Source of the DNA: Vibrio phage VCPH
Length of the DNA stretch: 32,000 nt
Sequence record: AP014889.1
Reading direction: 5' to 3' (one strand)
Position 1 is the stretch's first letter. Each line of letters begins with the position of its first letter. Below are positions 1-10,080 of this stretch, in pieces. The notes under the pieces were generated by a model. It was not told the origin of the DNA, searched no databases, and was given only the letters and a program-made list of their open reading frames with translations. Both the position numbers and the translations under genes were made by a program.

Positions 1-48
1 TACACTCGTTTTGTGCGAATAAAATTGCCATTTATTAAATCCTCGAAA

Positions 49-65
49 AGGGCACGAAGTGCCCT
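49..65 (-). terminator. Rho-independent terminator after the tail fibre gene
   Basis: Perfect 7-bp inverted repeat AGGGCAC-GAA-GTGCCCT. On the minus strand it is AGGGCACTTCGTGCCCT followed by TTTTCG, just past the stop at 70. Confidence 0.75.
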
Positions 66-69
66 ATCT

Positions 70-2532
70 TTATAAGTTACCAAGGATTGTCAGTGACACA
101 TCCTCAATTGTTAATGTTCCAGCTGCTTGGACTGAGATAATGTCACCAACCTCGAACTCAAGATCATTGTTGAGTAAGTAGGTAGCGCCATTTGCTCCGT
201 TAGCCCAAGTAATAATGGCAGCGTCAGCGCCATTTTTCTTGATCAAAACTGTCTCAGCGCCCCCAGAGCTATTTGCTACGTTAGCATAGCAACGTGAACC
301 GGAGAAGCTTTGTGGGATTGTGAATGCTGTCTGCACAGGCTCTAGGAATAGTAGCTCATTGGCTTCTAATGCTCCTGCTGCGAAGATCTTGATTCGGTAG
401 TTAGTAGCTGAGCCACCAGAGCTTCCGCCCTCACCTATACCATCTGAGATACGCCAACCGATCGTGTCGTCCACGTAGTCAAATGTGAGAATCATGTAGT
501 TTTGATCAAAGACAAAACTTTCGTTTAGTCCCATAATATTCTGTGAACCGTCAGGAACAAGATTAATAGGGTTAGCCGCTGTTGTGTAGAAACCGATAGT
601 TACCCAGTCACCTGCTGTACCTGCTGGAAGCTGTGCATTAATAGCACCTCCTGCAACATCACATAGGTAACGCTCACCGCTAGCAACTGTAAATCCGGAA
701 GTCATCACTTGGAACGCTGGGATTTCCGTGCCTGCCGAAGCACCTGCACCACCTTCACCAACACCGTCAATAATTTTCCAACCGATCTGACCACCAACAT
801 ATTCGAAGCGAAGAACCATGTTGTTCTTGTCAAGTTTAAATGCTGTCTCCTGACCTGCGATGCGCTGTCCACCGTAGTTTAGGATAATGTCATGGGCTGC
901 TAAGCTTAGGAAACCGATTACAAACCAGTCACCCAGACTTGCTGCTGGAAGGGTTACGTTTAGAGATCCACCTGCTGTGTCTGCGTCAAACAAGTAACGC
1001 TGCTCACTAGCAACTGTTAAGAAACGAGTGTCGATGATCTGAATGTCGTTGAGGGTTGTTTCACCTCCTCCGCCACCACCGCCACCACCGTTTTCGATAG
1101 CTGCTTCAAGTTCCTGTAGTGCCCCTTTGATTGTGTTGTTGTTTGAGATTGTTGTACCAGCAAATGCTCCAAGGTTCTGATCCCCTGTATTAGTACCTGT
1201 CATAGTACGGATATTTACAATCTCAGTTCCACCAGTACCACCATTACCTTCGACGGCAGCTTCTAGTTGTGCTAGAGCTTGTTTAATGTCGGAGTTGTCT
1301 GCGATGGTTGATCCGGTAAACTCACCTAAGTCGCGAGCCCCTTCAAGCGTACCTGTTAGTGTACGTGACGCCATGGCCTCTAAGTCAAGGAGCTCAATGT
1401 CACCCTTGTTCTTTTCTGCCACGTCTTCTAATTCTTGAAGGGCTACCTTGACCGTTACATCGTCTGTGATTAACGTACCATTGAATTGGCCGAGGTGTTC
1501 TGCGTTCGTCGCGGTACCAGTCAGCTTTCTCACTGCGATGGCTTCTGCTGTGCTTCCTGACGTTTGTAGTAATTCTACCGCAGTTTCTAGCGTTTGTAAA
1601 GCAACTTTTGTAGATACGTTATCCGCGATCGTGTTACCGGTGAATTCCCCTAGGTTAGTTGCACCTAGGGCTATACCGACGGCTGCGGCTAACTTAGTTA
1701 GATTCTCATCTGTCGTATCGTACTCACCACGTAAAGTCTCAGAGTATGTCTCAAGCTCTTGTAGTGCTGCTTTAATTGTCTGATCATCTGTGATTACTGT
1801 ACCAGTAAACTCACCTAAGTGATCTTCTGTAGTACCGATAACCGTGGTGTTAGCATCCCCACCACCAGAAGTGTCAATCGCTTCTAGTGCAAGTTCCAGC
1901 TGTTGAATAGCTCCCTTAACTGTTGCGTTGTCAGAGATTGTAGCGCCAGCAAAGTTACCTAGGTTCTGGTTACCTTTTGAAACACCTAAAGCATTATAGA
2001 TGTTAGTGTCTATAGCAGTAAGAGTACCAACATCAGTTTCTAAGTCCTGAATATCTGTCTCTGCGTCCGTTAGGTCAAGAACCCATTGGTCAACCTTAGC
2101 ATCTAGGGTTGTGTAGTCTGATTCCAGCTGATCAACGCGAGTTACGTCAAAACCTTGTAGGCTAGTAATTAACGCTTCATTAACTGCCAGCCTAGCTAGC
2201 GCACCAGCTAGATCGTTCTCTACTGTGCCTAGATCGGTTTCTAGGTTGTCGATACGGCCTTCCGCTAAGTCCAAATCCGACTGTAAACCAGACACATCAG
2301 GAGATAGTAGGTTGACGTCGATGAACTCGATAGCAGTCTCACCTGTATTAACAACTGCTACCTTACCCTTTTGCCCCGTATAGTTAGCCGGAGTATCAGT
2401 AAGCCCGAGGAAGTTTGATACGCCTGAACCACCAATATTAGGAGTGATGGTTAGGCGTTTCTGAGCTTCGCTCGCTTTCAGCAGGATGTTTCTTGTTGCG
2501 TACAGGTTTTCGAATGTAATTCTAGTAGCCAT
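70..2532 (-). CDS. Repeat-containing phage tail fibre/side fibre protein
   Basis: 820 aa with six degenerate repeats of the form NLGEFTGxTIxDNxTVKxALQELExxxE, a poly-Gly hinge, two tandem related C-terminal domains (about 100 aa, each ending IGW(K/R)I(I/S)DG(V/I)GEGG), and a terminal domain. It sits at the end of the tail gene cluster. Confidence 0.8.
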   Translation of the reverse strand: MATRITFENLYATRNILLKASEAQKRLTITPNIGGSGVSNFLGLTDTPANYTGQKGKVAVVNTGETAIEFIDVNLLSPDVSGLQSDLDLAEGRIDNLETDLGTVENDLAGALARLAVNEALITSLQGFDVTRVDQLESDYTTLDAKVDQWVLDLTDAETDIQDLETDVGTLTAIDTNIYNALGVSKGNQNLGNFAGATISDNATVKGAIQQLELALEAIDTSGGGDANTTVIGTTEDHLGEFTGTVITDDQTIKAALQELETYSETLRGEYDTTDENLTKLAAAVGIALGATNLGEFTGNTIADNVSTKVALQTLETAVELLQTSGSTAEAIAVRKLTGTATNAEHLGQFNGTLITDDVTVKVALQELEDVAEKNKGDIELLDLEAMASRTLTGTLEGARDLGEFTGSTIADNSDIKQALAQLEAAVEGNGGTGGTEIVNIRTMTGTNTGDQNLGAFAGTTISNNNTIKGALQELEAAIENGGGGGGGGGETTLNDIQIIDTRFLTVASEQRYLFDADTAGGSLNVTLPAASLGDWFVIGFLSLAAHDIILNYGGQRIAGQETAFKLDKNNMVLRFEYVGGQIGWKIIDGVGEGGAGASAGTEIPAFQVMTSGFTVASGERYLCDVAGGAINAQLPAGTAGDWVTIGFYTTAANPINLVPDGSQNIMGLNESFVFDQNYMILTFDYVDDTIGWRISDGIGEGGSSGGSATNYRIKIFAAGALEANELLFLEPVQTAFTIPQSFSGSRCYANVANSSGGAETVLIKKNGADAAIITWANGANGATYLLNNDLEFEVGDIISVQAAGTLTIEDVSLTILGNL

Positions 2533-2975
2533 TATACTGTAGCTCCATCACTTACTAGGACTCTTCCTTGCGCGATACGTGCTACCGTACCTCCGGATGT
2601 TGTGGTAATATCGTAGTACCCAACGTGCCTTAGTCGTTTGTCGTATGGGTCACGTACACCTTGGGTTGCTGCTACTACGTCAACGTCCGCTGAGGACATT
2701 GTCATATCAACTACTCCACCTGTTACTGCTCCCACTACTGAGAATGTAAATGAACCGATCACTACTCCGCTGTCTTCCAGAGAATCAACAATGTCAGCTT
2801 TAAATGTCACGCCTGTCAGGTCTGTAGGAGTGATAACATCCTTACAGTTAATTGGCTCCCCAGTTACAGGGTGATTGGTGCACTGTGTTACTACGTCTTC
2901 TAGAGTTAGCCTAACACCAAAGTCAGCAAACTCTTCCAGGATTAGATCACTGGTTTTGTCATCTTGTGTGTACAT
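2532..2975 (-). CDS. Small baseplate/fibre-associated structural protein (putative)
   Basis: 147-aa intact ORF with a beta-rich composition, overlapping the fibre start by 1 nt (TAATG coupling). Assignment is by position. Confidence 0.5.
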   Translation of the reverse strand: MYTQDDKTSDLILEEFADFGVRLTLEDVVTQCTNHPVTGEPINCKDVITPTDLTGVTFKADIVDSLEDSGVVIGSFTFSVVGAVTGGVVDMTMSSADVDVVAATQGVRDPYDKRLRHVGYYDITTTSGGTVARIAQGRVLVSDGATV

Positions 2976-2991
2976 TATTACCTCTGTAAAG

Positions 2992-3008
2992 AGGCGGCTA
3001 TGCCGCCT
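2992..3008 (-). terminator. Hairpin after the QueC-like gene, possible weak/attenuating terminator
   Basis: Perfect AGGCGGC-TAT-GCCGCCT, followed on the minus strand by CTTTAC. It lies between the QueC-like stop (3012) and the next start (2975). Confidence 0.55.
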
Positions 3009-3011
3009 GTA

Positions 3012-3653
3012 TTAATGGAATTGTAGGTGATCGCCTTCGTTTAGGCGTAGCTCAGGGTGCTGTACTCCAGCGTCCGCAAGTTCCTGACAAACGAAACACT
3101 CACCACATGGTTTGTATAGTGTACGTTTTTCAATGTTAGGGTTGCGGCAGCTCCAGAATCTTTGGTTTAGTACCTTAGACTGGCTTAGCTTGAAGCGGTC
3201 TTTACCGGCGATTGGGGATGTGATCTTAACTGGAAGAACAGGGATACCCATAGATTGATACGCTCTTCGCATGTGCTCAACGGCAGTTTGAAGCTGTGCG
3301 AGGTCTGTACCTACGTTGTCGTCTTTGTAACCAACAATGATTTCTAGTTCAGTAGCGTTATCACCGATGTAGTGTGCTCCTGTACCGAAGTATTTGATTG
3401 TCTCTAGACATACATCCAAAGCATCAGATGGAGACTTGCGGCTAGAGCGTAGAGTTGCATACTCCCACTCACCGAATTTATTAGCAGCGTACTCTTTGAA
3501 TACTTCGTACTGCGGGAATGTCATTGCATGGTTTTCATATAGAACATGAAGAACCGTTACCGGCTCTTCTGCTTTGTCAGTACCCATTAGGGTTTGGATG
3601 GCAGCTACGCTATCGAAGCCACCACTAAATAGAAACACTGTACGTGTAGTCAT
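3012..3653 (-). CDS. queC: QueC-like PP-loop ATPase (7-cyano-7-deazaguanine synthase family)
   Basis: N-terminal PP-loop motif FLFSGGFDS and C-terminal CysX14CysX2CysX2Cys zinc motif (SCRNPNIEKRTLYKPCGECFVC) typical of QueC. 213 aa. The exact product is inferred. Confidence 0.75.
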   Translation of the reverse strand: MTTRTVFLFSGGFDSVAAIQTLMGTDKAEEPVTVLHVLYENHAMTFPQYEVFKEYAANKFGEWEYATLRSSRKSPSDALDVCLETIKYFGTGAHYIGDNATELEIIVGYKDDNVGTDLAQLQTAVEHMRRAYQSMGIPVLPVKITSPIAGKDRFKLSQSKVLNQRFWSCRNPNIEKRTLYKPCGECFVCQELADAGVQHPELRLNEGDHLQFH

Positions 3654-6556
3654 TAAATATCCCTTACTAACTCTAGGAAGATATTCCTAGAAGAGTTACG
3701 TGCACCGTTACCGTACCTACGGCCGCCTGAGTAACCCATCGTGAATTTTACTTTGTTCTTACCCTTGATTAGGTTGTCAGGGGTAATAAGTAGTCTTTGG
3801 TAGTACCAACCACCAGTGAAGTCTGTCTTGTCACACCAAGATACACACTCACCCTCTACAGTAGCACAACATCCGCGGTAACCGGCACGTAAGTCCGATT
3901 GGTGAACCTGTCTGTTGTTAACGTAAATACGTCCGTAAGCACTGTTAGGGTTGTCGATACCGCTGTAGTCATCTGTAGGTTGGAAGTCAAAACTAACCAA
4001 GATTGCGAAGTCATTATTAACATCACCTAGATCGAATTCGAACTCTTCGATCGTGGTCTCGGAAGTACCAACAGACTTGTTTACGTTTCGGAAGTGTCTA
4101 ACCGGAGTGAAGTATGTAGCTCCTGCAATCGTACAGGATTCAGTAATCTCTACGTTTTCAAACTTACCGTTAGTAGCGTACATTGTACCTCGTACGATAG
4201 TGTTGTTGAACTCGGAGTTACCGTTTCTGTCGATAGCCCAACCACGAACACCTGCTTGGTAGTTACCAGAAGCGATCTGTAAGCCGTCTTGGTCAGGGTA
4301 AAGTGTACCATCCGCTAGAGCTGTGTCAACCTGTCCTGCTGCTCCGTCGTTGGAACCGTCACCCCAAGGTGGTGTTCCGCCTTCGAAGATTAGCTGAGTA
4401 GCTGTAATCTTACCACGGATCTCAGCGTTGGTAGCGAATAGCTTACCATCTCTGTTAACCCTGAATGGCGCATCTGGTCCGTATGAGTTACCCGCGTATA
4501 GTGCCCAAGTAGCACTAACACCGTCCATAACTACAACCTTGTTACCGGAACCTGCGGTGATCTTAGTAGATGAACTAATGTAGTCACCAGTAATAGACTT
4601 AGCCTGTAGCTTCTTAGCTGCCAGTGTACCATCTACAACTTGGTTACCATCTACAACAACCGTGAACTTAATCCAAGAACCTGATTCTCGAATCCAGTGT
4701 TGTACAAATTGGTTTAAGTGACCTTGGTAACTGATTACTGCACCGTCTTTTGCTGGCTCTCCAACCTGAGCTAGATAGTCAGCATCCTTACCTGCGCTAG
4801 TGCTAGGGATAAGGTTCTCATTGGTTAGTGTGATGATAATCGAACCAGGACCTAATTCACCATTAAGACCGTCGTTACCATCCTTACCGTCGTTACCATC
4901 TTTACCGTCTGCTCCGTCTGAACCAGAGAATTGGTATGGGTCGCCCCAGTTCTCCCCGTCTACAAGCTCTCCTGTCGACTGGTCGACAAGGCCTTGGGAA
5001 GCGTATGTAACCTCACCCTCATCACGTGGTTGTGGGTTTAGTGTCCAAGCATTAGGTGGGTAAGTAGTGTCATTCGTAGGAATGGATGGTGGAACAGAGT
5101 CACCATTTCGATATACAGTTGCAAGGAACACTCGCGCCTGTCCGAGGTCTGTAGAATCACCACGATTCGGGTCTACGATCTTAACATTACCGGAGATGAA
5201 TAGTTCGTCACCGTCCCAGCGAATAAATCGTTGGTCGTCACCCAAGTCAAACTTGAATTTACCGTCTGTGTCGTCGTAACCTAGGAAGATACCTTGCGAT
5301 GGGTCTTCGTAGATAGGCTTAGCAGCCGAATAAAGTCTTGGGTTGTCCTGCCCAGTAAAGTTAGCTAGAACGAAGCTTGCAGATACAATCTCGTTTGAGA
5401 TTACCTGCCCGTCAACGTTAACAATACCATTTACAGGGTCAAAGTTAATTGGGGCTCTACCGTTATCATCAGGGATACCGATAGCAACAGCACCAGTAGC
5501 AGCATCAACTAAGAATGTTTGCTTCCAGACTCCGCCATCCTTTAGACGACCCATGATGTGTGCGTAGTTCAATTCAATACCAGTCTCTTCTGAGAAGTTC
5601 TCCGCAATAGGAGTGTTCTCATCAAGTGTAAAGGTCTCTTCTAAGCTGTACGTGATGTTGTCAGCCTCAGGTCCCCAAGCGATAACTGATACTCTGTAAA
5701 TATACTCCAGGTTGTAGGAGTGGTTAACTACTAGGAAGGATTGGCTAGTACCTGTGTTGATGATCTCAGCATCTTCCCAACCTACTGTGTCGTATTTGGA
5801 TTTAGGTGTGCGCCATAGCACAAACTCTCTACTGTTAGCTCCAGAGCCGCGCTCCCAGTCCCAGTAAACTTTAACGTCGTAGCGTTCCGCCGGCTCTGCT
5901 AACTTAACTACTTCGAAGCGTAAGTTTTCAGGCTCAGATGGTGGAGTGTAACCCCAATCAAGAACTAAGTCCCCAATCATCTGCCATGCTGACGTCTCTA
6001 TAAAGTCAACTGAAGGGTAGCGAACAATACCCCTTACTCGTACGTCCACAGTACCAACCGGGATGTTTGCGATAGAGATAGATGGTTCAAATCGACCTTG
6101 ATATACAGTCTTCCAGTCCTGTGCATTAGCAGGAGACCACTGTACCTCTACGTCCTGTCCATCACCTAGAAGGTTAATGTTCAGCACTGGAGGCGAAACA
6201 CCTACATCTACGTCTTCTGCTATAATGTCGTAGCTGTCAATGGTAGGGGCAACTAGAGTGGATACTGTTTGAACATCCGATAATGTGATACCGAACTGAG
6301 CACCTAGTAGCTGAGCATCCACCATCTGGTCATAGTATGCTGCTTGAATGTTGTATTCTGTGCCGGAAGCAAGGTTATCTACAATGAAATACAGATTGTC
6401 TGTATCAAGTAGAGTGGGTCTCAGGACTCCGTCAACCCACACTGCTTTACCGAACACGTCCCTATCAACGAAGATAGAGTGGCCAAAGTAGAGACTACGG
6501 TAGCCCTTGACTACCTGATGAATCCCCATCTTGGCTGGTTGCGTGTTTGTAATCAT
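3653..6556 (-). CDS. Central tail fibre / tip-attachment protein (J-like C-terminal region, T5 pb4-position)
   Basis: About 967 aa with FN3-like segments, a collagen-like GXY stretch (GSDGADGKDGNDGKDGNDGLNGELG) and a lambda-J-like segment (DGTLAAKKLQAKSITGDYI). The ORF track starts at GTG 6571; the ATG at 6556 forms an ATGA overlap with the upstream stop. Confidence 0.75.
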   Translation of the reverse strand: MITNTQPAKMGIHQVVKGYRSLYFGHSIFVDRDVFGKAVWVDGVLRPTLLDTDNLYFIVDNLASGTEYNIQAAYYDQMVDAQLLGAQFGITLSDVQTVSTLVAPTIDSYDIIAEDVDVGVSPPVLNINLLGDGQDVEVQWSPANAQDWKTVYQGRFEPSISIANIPVGTVDVRVRGIVRYPSVDFIETSAWQMIGDLVLDWGYTPPSEPENLRFEVVKLAEPAERYDVKVYWDWERGSGANSREFVLWRTPKSKYDTVGWEDAEIINTGTSQSFLVVNHSYNLEYIYRVSVIAWGPEADNITYSLEETFTLDENTPIAENFSEETGIELNYAHIMGRLKDGGVWKQTFLVDAATGAVAIGIPDDNGRAPINFDPVNGIVNVDGQVISNEIVSASFVLANFTGQDNPRLYSAAKPIYEDPSQGIFLGYDDTDGKFKFDLGDDQRFIRWDGDELFISGNVKIVDPNRGDSTDLGQARVFLATVYRNGDSVPPSIPTNDTTYPPNAWTLNPQPRDEGEVTYASQGLVDQSTGELVDGENWGDPYQFSGSDGADGKDGNDGKDGNDGLNGELGPGSIIITLTNENLIPSTSAGKDADYLAQVGEPAKDGAVISYQGHLNQFVQHWIRESGSWIKFTVVVDGNQVVDGTLAAKKLQAKSITGDYISSSTKITAGSGNKVVVMDGVSATWALYAGNSYGPDAPFRVNRDGKLFATNAEIRGKITATQLIFEGGTPPWGDGSNDGAAGQVDTALADGTLYPDQDGLQIASGNYQAGVRGWAIDRNGNSEFNNTIVRGTMYATNGKFENVEITESCTIAGATYFTPVRHFRNVNKSVGTSETTIEEFEFDLGDVNNDFAILVSFDFQPTDDYSGIDNPNSAYGRIYVNNRQVHQSDLRAGYRGCCATVEGECVSWCDKTDFTGGWYYQRLLITPDNLIKGKNKVKFTMGYSGGRRYGNGARNSSRNIFLELVRDI

Positions 6557-9402
6557 TCTAAGTATGTCCACTCAACTGAGGCTTCTCCGTCGTCGCCTCT
6601 CGCTCTGATTCTTGCCGTCAGGGTTCTGTACACCCCAACTGACAAGTTAGCTGCTAAGTAAGCAAGCTTGTTGTCCTCGTAAGGGTAACTAAACTCTGTA
6701 AGATTCTGTAGGGAGTATGCGTTTAACACATCTCCGTTCTCATCCATAATCTCAAGTTCGTATGTAACATCCGTAAGGTCACTCTCCATCTCGTCCCAAG
6801 CTAGTTGCGGCTCAGGTCCGATCCAAACACCGTTATCTCCGTTTACTAGCCTGAAGCCAGATACAACCGGTAGGTTTTTGGTAGCGTCGATAGTCACTTC
6901 CAAGGTCTGTGGTGAAGAAGTAAATCCTCGCAGAGCAGCAACCGCCCTAACCTTGATAGTGTACGTATCAGCAGGTAAGTCTTTAAGAGCTAGGGAGAAG
7001 TACTCGGTGCTCAGCTTGCCTGGTGGGTGTGTAACCTCGTAGCCCTCAGCTCTTCCGTCAATCTTAACAGTGTAGTAAGTAACGTCAGGTGATAGGCTTG
7101 GTAAGAACTCTAAGTATCCGTTTAGTCCGACAGATTCTGCGCGGTCTTCGGCGAGAGCAGGAATGTAGCGCAGGTCCCTTGGTGGCTTAATCAGAGAGTT
7201 AATCACCGGTACCTGTTTGTCACTAATATCTGCTTTCTTGGAGTTCAAGAAGATGTCGTCTTCATACTCACGTAGCGTAACTTCTACCTTACCATTAGCT
7301 CTCCATGAAACACGTCGGATTAAGAATTTCTTCTTGTCCCACCCGAATCGGTCGTAGGTAATGGTAACAGCGTCATTAACTGGAAGATCAATGTAACGGA
7401 ATGGAAGCTCAACCTTAACCTCACGGTTGTATCGGGATTTCTTCAATTCTCGTTCCGCTAGGGAGCGTGCTGTGTAGTAGTTAGTGATGTATGGGAATGT
7501 AAGATTTAGCTTCTTCTCTACGTTGTCATCTTCTTGTTTGAACTCGGAGTTAAAGAATGTGACTTCCGTGTTGTTCCAAGCATTGCCTGGATCACTGAAT
7601 GATGCTGTAATAGAGTTGTACTTGTTTCTCGATGTAATATCGGAAACTTGAATCTTACCACCGATAAAGTCGTTAATTGTGAAATCATGAATCGGTGTCT
7701 TTTCAGACTCAACTGATAAGGTGTATTGCCCCTCAACGATGTTAAGTGATGCAACCACCTGCTCTAGAAGAGACTGCGTATTTTTGAATAAGGTTTCTTC
7801 TGTCTTTAGGATTGGGTTAGTTTGTAGGACATAGCGCCACTCTTCGGTAGTACCATCTTCCGTCCACCCCAGGTATCTCCAGTAGGGACACCATGACATT
7901 TCGTAAGATGTGTCAATTATATCAAATAACTGAGCCGCGTCAACAAAAGAATTAATGTTCACTCTGGAAAGTGGAATGTTCACACCAAAGTACGGGTTAG
8001 TGATGTAGTCTAGTAGCTGCCACGCTGGGTTTAGTGAGGTGGTATCGTTACCAATCAGCCCTGAGTTATTGTAGCGGTTTACTTTACGACCCTGTACTTC
8101 TGCAGCCAGAGTTGGAATCTCTAGTCTGTCTTCCGTTAGTGTGTACTCTGCGATGATGTATGCAGTATCTAGAAGTTTGAAGTTGGCATCCCAGTACTCG
8201 GGGCCGAACCCTTCTTGATCCTGTCTGTAGAACTCACCTGCTGCAGCCTTAGCCACCATGTGAGCTGATGCAGCCTGGTTCTCTTTTCCGTGGTAAACCC
8301 AGAATCGAGATTGCGCATCACCATCATCAACTGTGTAAACCTCTCCGTGAACCGATGGGGCTGTCCTATCTACCGTAATTGGAGCAGCAACACCAATAGT
8401 ATCACCTGACTCTCGTTTACGTCCAAGACATACACGGTCATTAAAGTCTGCCTCGTCGAAACAGATTAGAGGTTTGTCATCCATCCAGATATCTAGGAAG
8501 CCGTCGATCTCACCCTCACAGAATGCGTAGACAACCGTAACTAGGTTAGGATTGTCCTTGTCTGTGTCAGCGAAGATAGGGATACCGTCGATCTTGTTAA
8601 CACCGTATACTGCTGGAAGGTATTTACCCGCAAGGTTGTATCGTAAGTCAACTTCTTTAGTTACCGTTTTCCAGTATTCCTGTACAGAGTAGTCCTGTTT
8701 CAAACCAAACCATGAAGATTTCTTTTTAAGTTTGAAAGCTTTCTCTTGTGTTTGGTAAGTAGCTAGGATGTTGATGGATTGGTTAGCGTGGAAGAATCCC
8801 AAGTCTGTTTGGTAGTCCAGCTTCCTAGCGTTGTTTGAGGGTACTTCGTTACCAGCGTCATCAACTACAATACCACGGTGAGTATCATCGTCTGTGAATC
8901 GTCCGTTAACTTTATCTAATTCGTAGAACTCGTTAGAACATTTGTAGGTTACTTGGGAAGTACCTGGTGATGTAGGAGATACTGTCTCAGAAGCGGATAC
9001 CTCTGTAATAGCACCATCAAACATCTTGAGAGTTGTGTTATCTGCGTAGAACGGGATAATATCTCCGTCATCGTCAATAACTACACGCCAAATATCAATT
9101 CGATTACCTAGATAGCTGTTAGAGTCTAGTGCTCGTTGGATTTCCTCTGTTGGGATACCTGTCACTGAGATACTAACTGTATGTGCTGTTAGGTCATGAG
9201 TTCTTTGGATGTTTCCGATAGTTTTGATTCTACCGGAGAAGTAAGTGAAACCGTCGTAGGTAATGTTTCTGCCGTAGTCGGTGTAGTACGCATAATCCGT
9301 AACACCAACTCCGCTTGGTAGTTCGATTCGAACCAGATTAGCGAGCTTGACGTTTTTAGTGCCAAACAGGTAATCTTTAGTTGTTTGAAGAATATCAGCC
9401 AT
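6553..9402 (-). CDS. Baseplate hub protein (T5 pb3-like)
   Basis: 949 aa downstream of the distal tail gene. The N-terminus (ADILQTTKDYLFGTKNVKLANLVRIELP...YYTDYGRNITYDG) and length/position fit the hub proteins of T5-like siphophages. Confidence 0.75.
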   Translation of the reverse strand: MADILQTTKDYLFGTKNVKLANLVRIELPSGVGVTDYAYYTDYGRNITYDGFTYFSGRIKTIGNIQRTHDLTAHTVSISVTGIPTEEIQRALDSNSYLGNRIDIWRVVIDDDGDIIPFYADNTTLKMFDGAITEVSASETVSPTSPGTSQVTYKCSNEFYELDKVNGRFTDDDTHRGIVVDDAGNEVPSNNARKLDYQTDLGFFHANQSINILATYQTQEKAFKLKKKSSWFGLKQDYSVQEYWKTVTKEVDLRYNLAGKYLPAVYGVNKIDGIPIFADTDKDNPNLVTVVYAFCEGEIDGFLDIWMDDKPLICFDEADFNDRVCLGRKRESGDTIGVAAPITVDRTAPSVHGEVYTVDDGDAQSRFWVYHGKENQAASAHMVAKAAAGEFYRQDQEGFGPEYWDANFKLLDTAYIIAEYTLTEDRLEIPTLAAEVQGRKVNRYNNSGLIGNDTTSLNPAWQLLDYITNPYFGVNIPLSRVNINSFVDAAQLFDIIDTSYEMSWCPYWRYLGWTEDGTTEEWRYVLQTNPILKTEETLFKNTQSLLEQVVASLNIVEGQYTLSVESEKTPIHDFTINDFIGGKIQVSDITSRNKYNSITASFSDPGNAWNNTEVTFFNSEFKQEDDNVEKKLNLTFPYITNYYTARSLAERELKKSRYNREVKVELPFRYIDLPVNDAVTITYDRFGWDKKKFLIRRVSWRANGKVEVTLREYEDDIFLNSKKADISDKQVPVINSLIKPPRDLRYIPALAEDRAESVGLNGYLEFLPSLSPDVTYYTVKIDGRAEGYEVTHPPGKLSTEYFSLALKDLPADTYTIKVRAVAALRGFTSSPQTLEVTIDATKNLPVVSGFRLVNGDNGVWIGPEPQLAWDEMESDLTDVTYELEIMDENGDVLNAYSLQNLTEFSYPYEDNKLAYLAANLSVGVYRTLTARIRARGDDGEASVEWTYLE

Positions 9403-10009
9403 TAATCTGTTCTCTCAGGGAGAATTCAACCCCTCGATACAGACCGTCTGTGCTAGGGTTCTCCTCTGGTAGCTGATCGTTAGACAGAATCATTTCGAAT
9501 AATACTTCGTTAAATACTGGCTTCTCGCTACCGTCTGTTTCGTGGGCAAGGTCAGGATACACTGTAAGTGTTAGGTTATCACCTGCGACCTGTACCGTTG
9601 TGATTTTGTAAACTTTGCTATATCCAGATAACTTGAATAAGTCACCTATAGCAGGCTGTCCAGTTAGGTTGGAGAACCCAGTAATTACTACTTGGCTTCC
9701 TTTCTGTCCGGATGCGATGTTACATAGTGTAGTGTCACCTGTAACTCTAAAGTTTTCATGTTGTGGAAGCAGAACGTCGATTGTATCTCCAGTTCTCTTA
9801 GCTTCCATAAGTGCTGACATAATGATTGCAAATTCATCAGCGAACAGGTCTGGATACGTAATATCCAACTTCCAGTATTGGGAAGCTCCCTGTGTCTTTA
9901 ATACCGACCCATCTGCCATTTCGTCTCGCAGCTTAGGGTCTACTTCGCTCAGTCGTGCCTCAGAGAAACCTGGGGCAACACTCAACGTAAACGGATCTGG
10001 TAATCTCAT
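9395..10009 (-). CDS. Distal tail protein (T5 pb9-like)
   Basis: 204 aa, located immediately after the tape-measure gene and overlapping the hub gene. Confidence 0.7.
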   Translation of the reverse strand: MRLPDPFTLSVAPGFSEARLSEVDPKLRDEMADGSVLKTQGASQYWKLDITYPDLFADEFAIIMSALMEAKRTGDTIDVLLPQHENFRVTGDTTLCNIASGQKGSQVVITGFSNLTGQPAIGDLFKLSGYSKVYKITTVQVAGDNLTLTVYPDLAHETDGSEKPVFNEVLFEMILSNDQLPEENPSTDGLYRGVEFSLREQING

Positions 10010-10051
10010 AAGTTCCTCCTGTCATGTCTTAATGCGGTTTCCGTGAAACCT

Positions 10052-10080
10052 ATTATACATCCAGATTTTTGATTACGCAA
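10052..10080 (-). promoter_or_regulatory. Sigma70-type promoter for the distal tail-hub-fibre operon
   Basis: Minus strand: TTGCGT (10075-10080), 17-nt spacer, TATAAT (10052-10057), downstream of the tape-measure terminator. A GGTTTC-N3-GAAACC hairpin in the leader (10036-10050) is followed by GGAGG ahead of ATG 10009. Confidence 0.65.

Noticed and set aside
1448-2874. Plus-strand ORFs antisense to the fibre and baseplate genes (111 aa and 78 aa)
   Set aside because: Antisense shadows of strongly coding minus-strand genes with no RBS or recognisable domain. The same holds for the other plus-strand ORFs through 25.5 kb and those at 26.2-28.65 kb.
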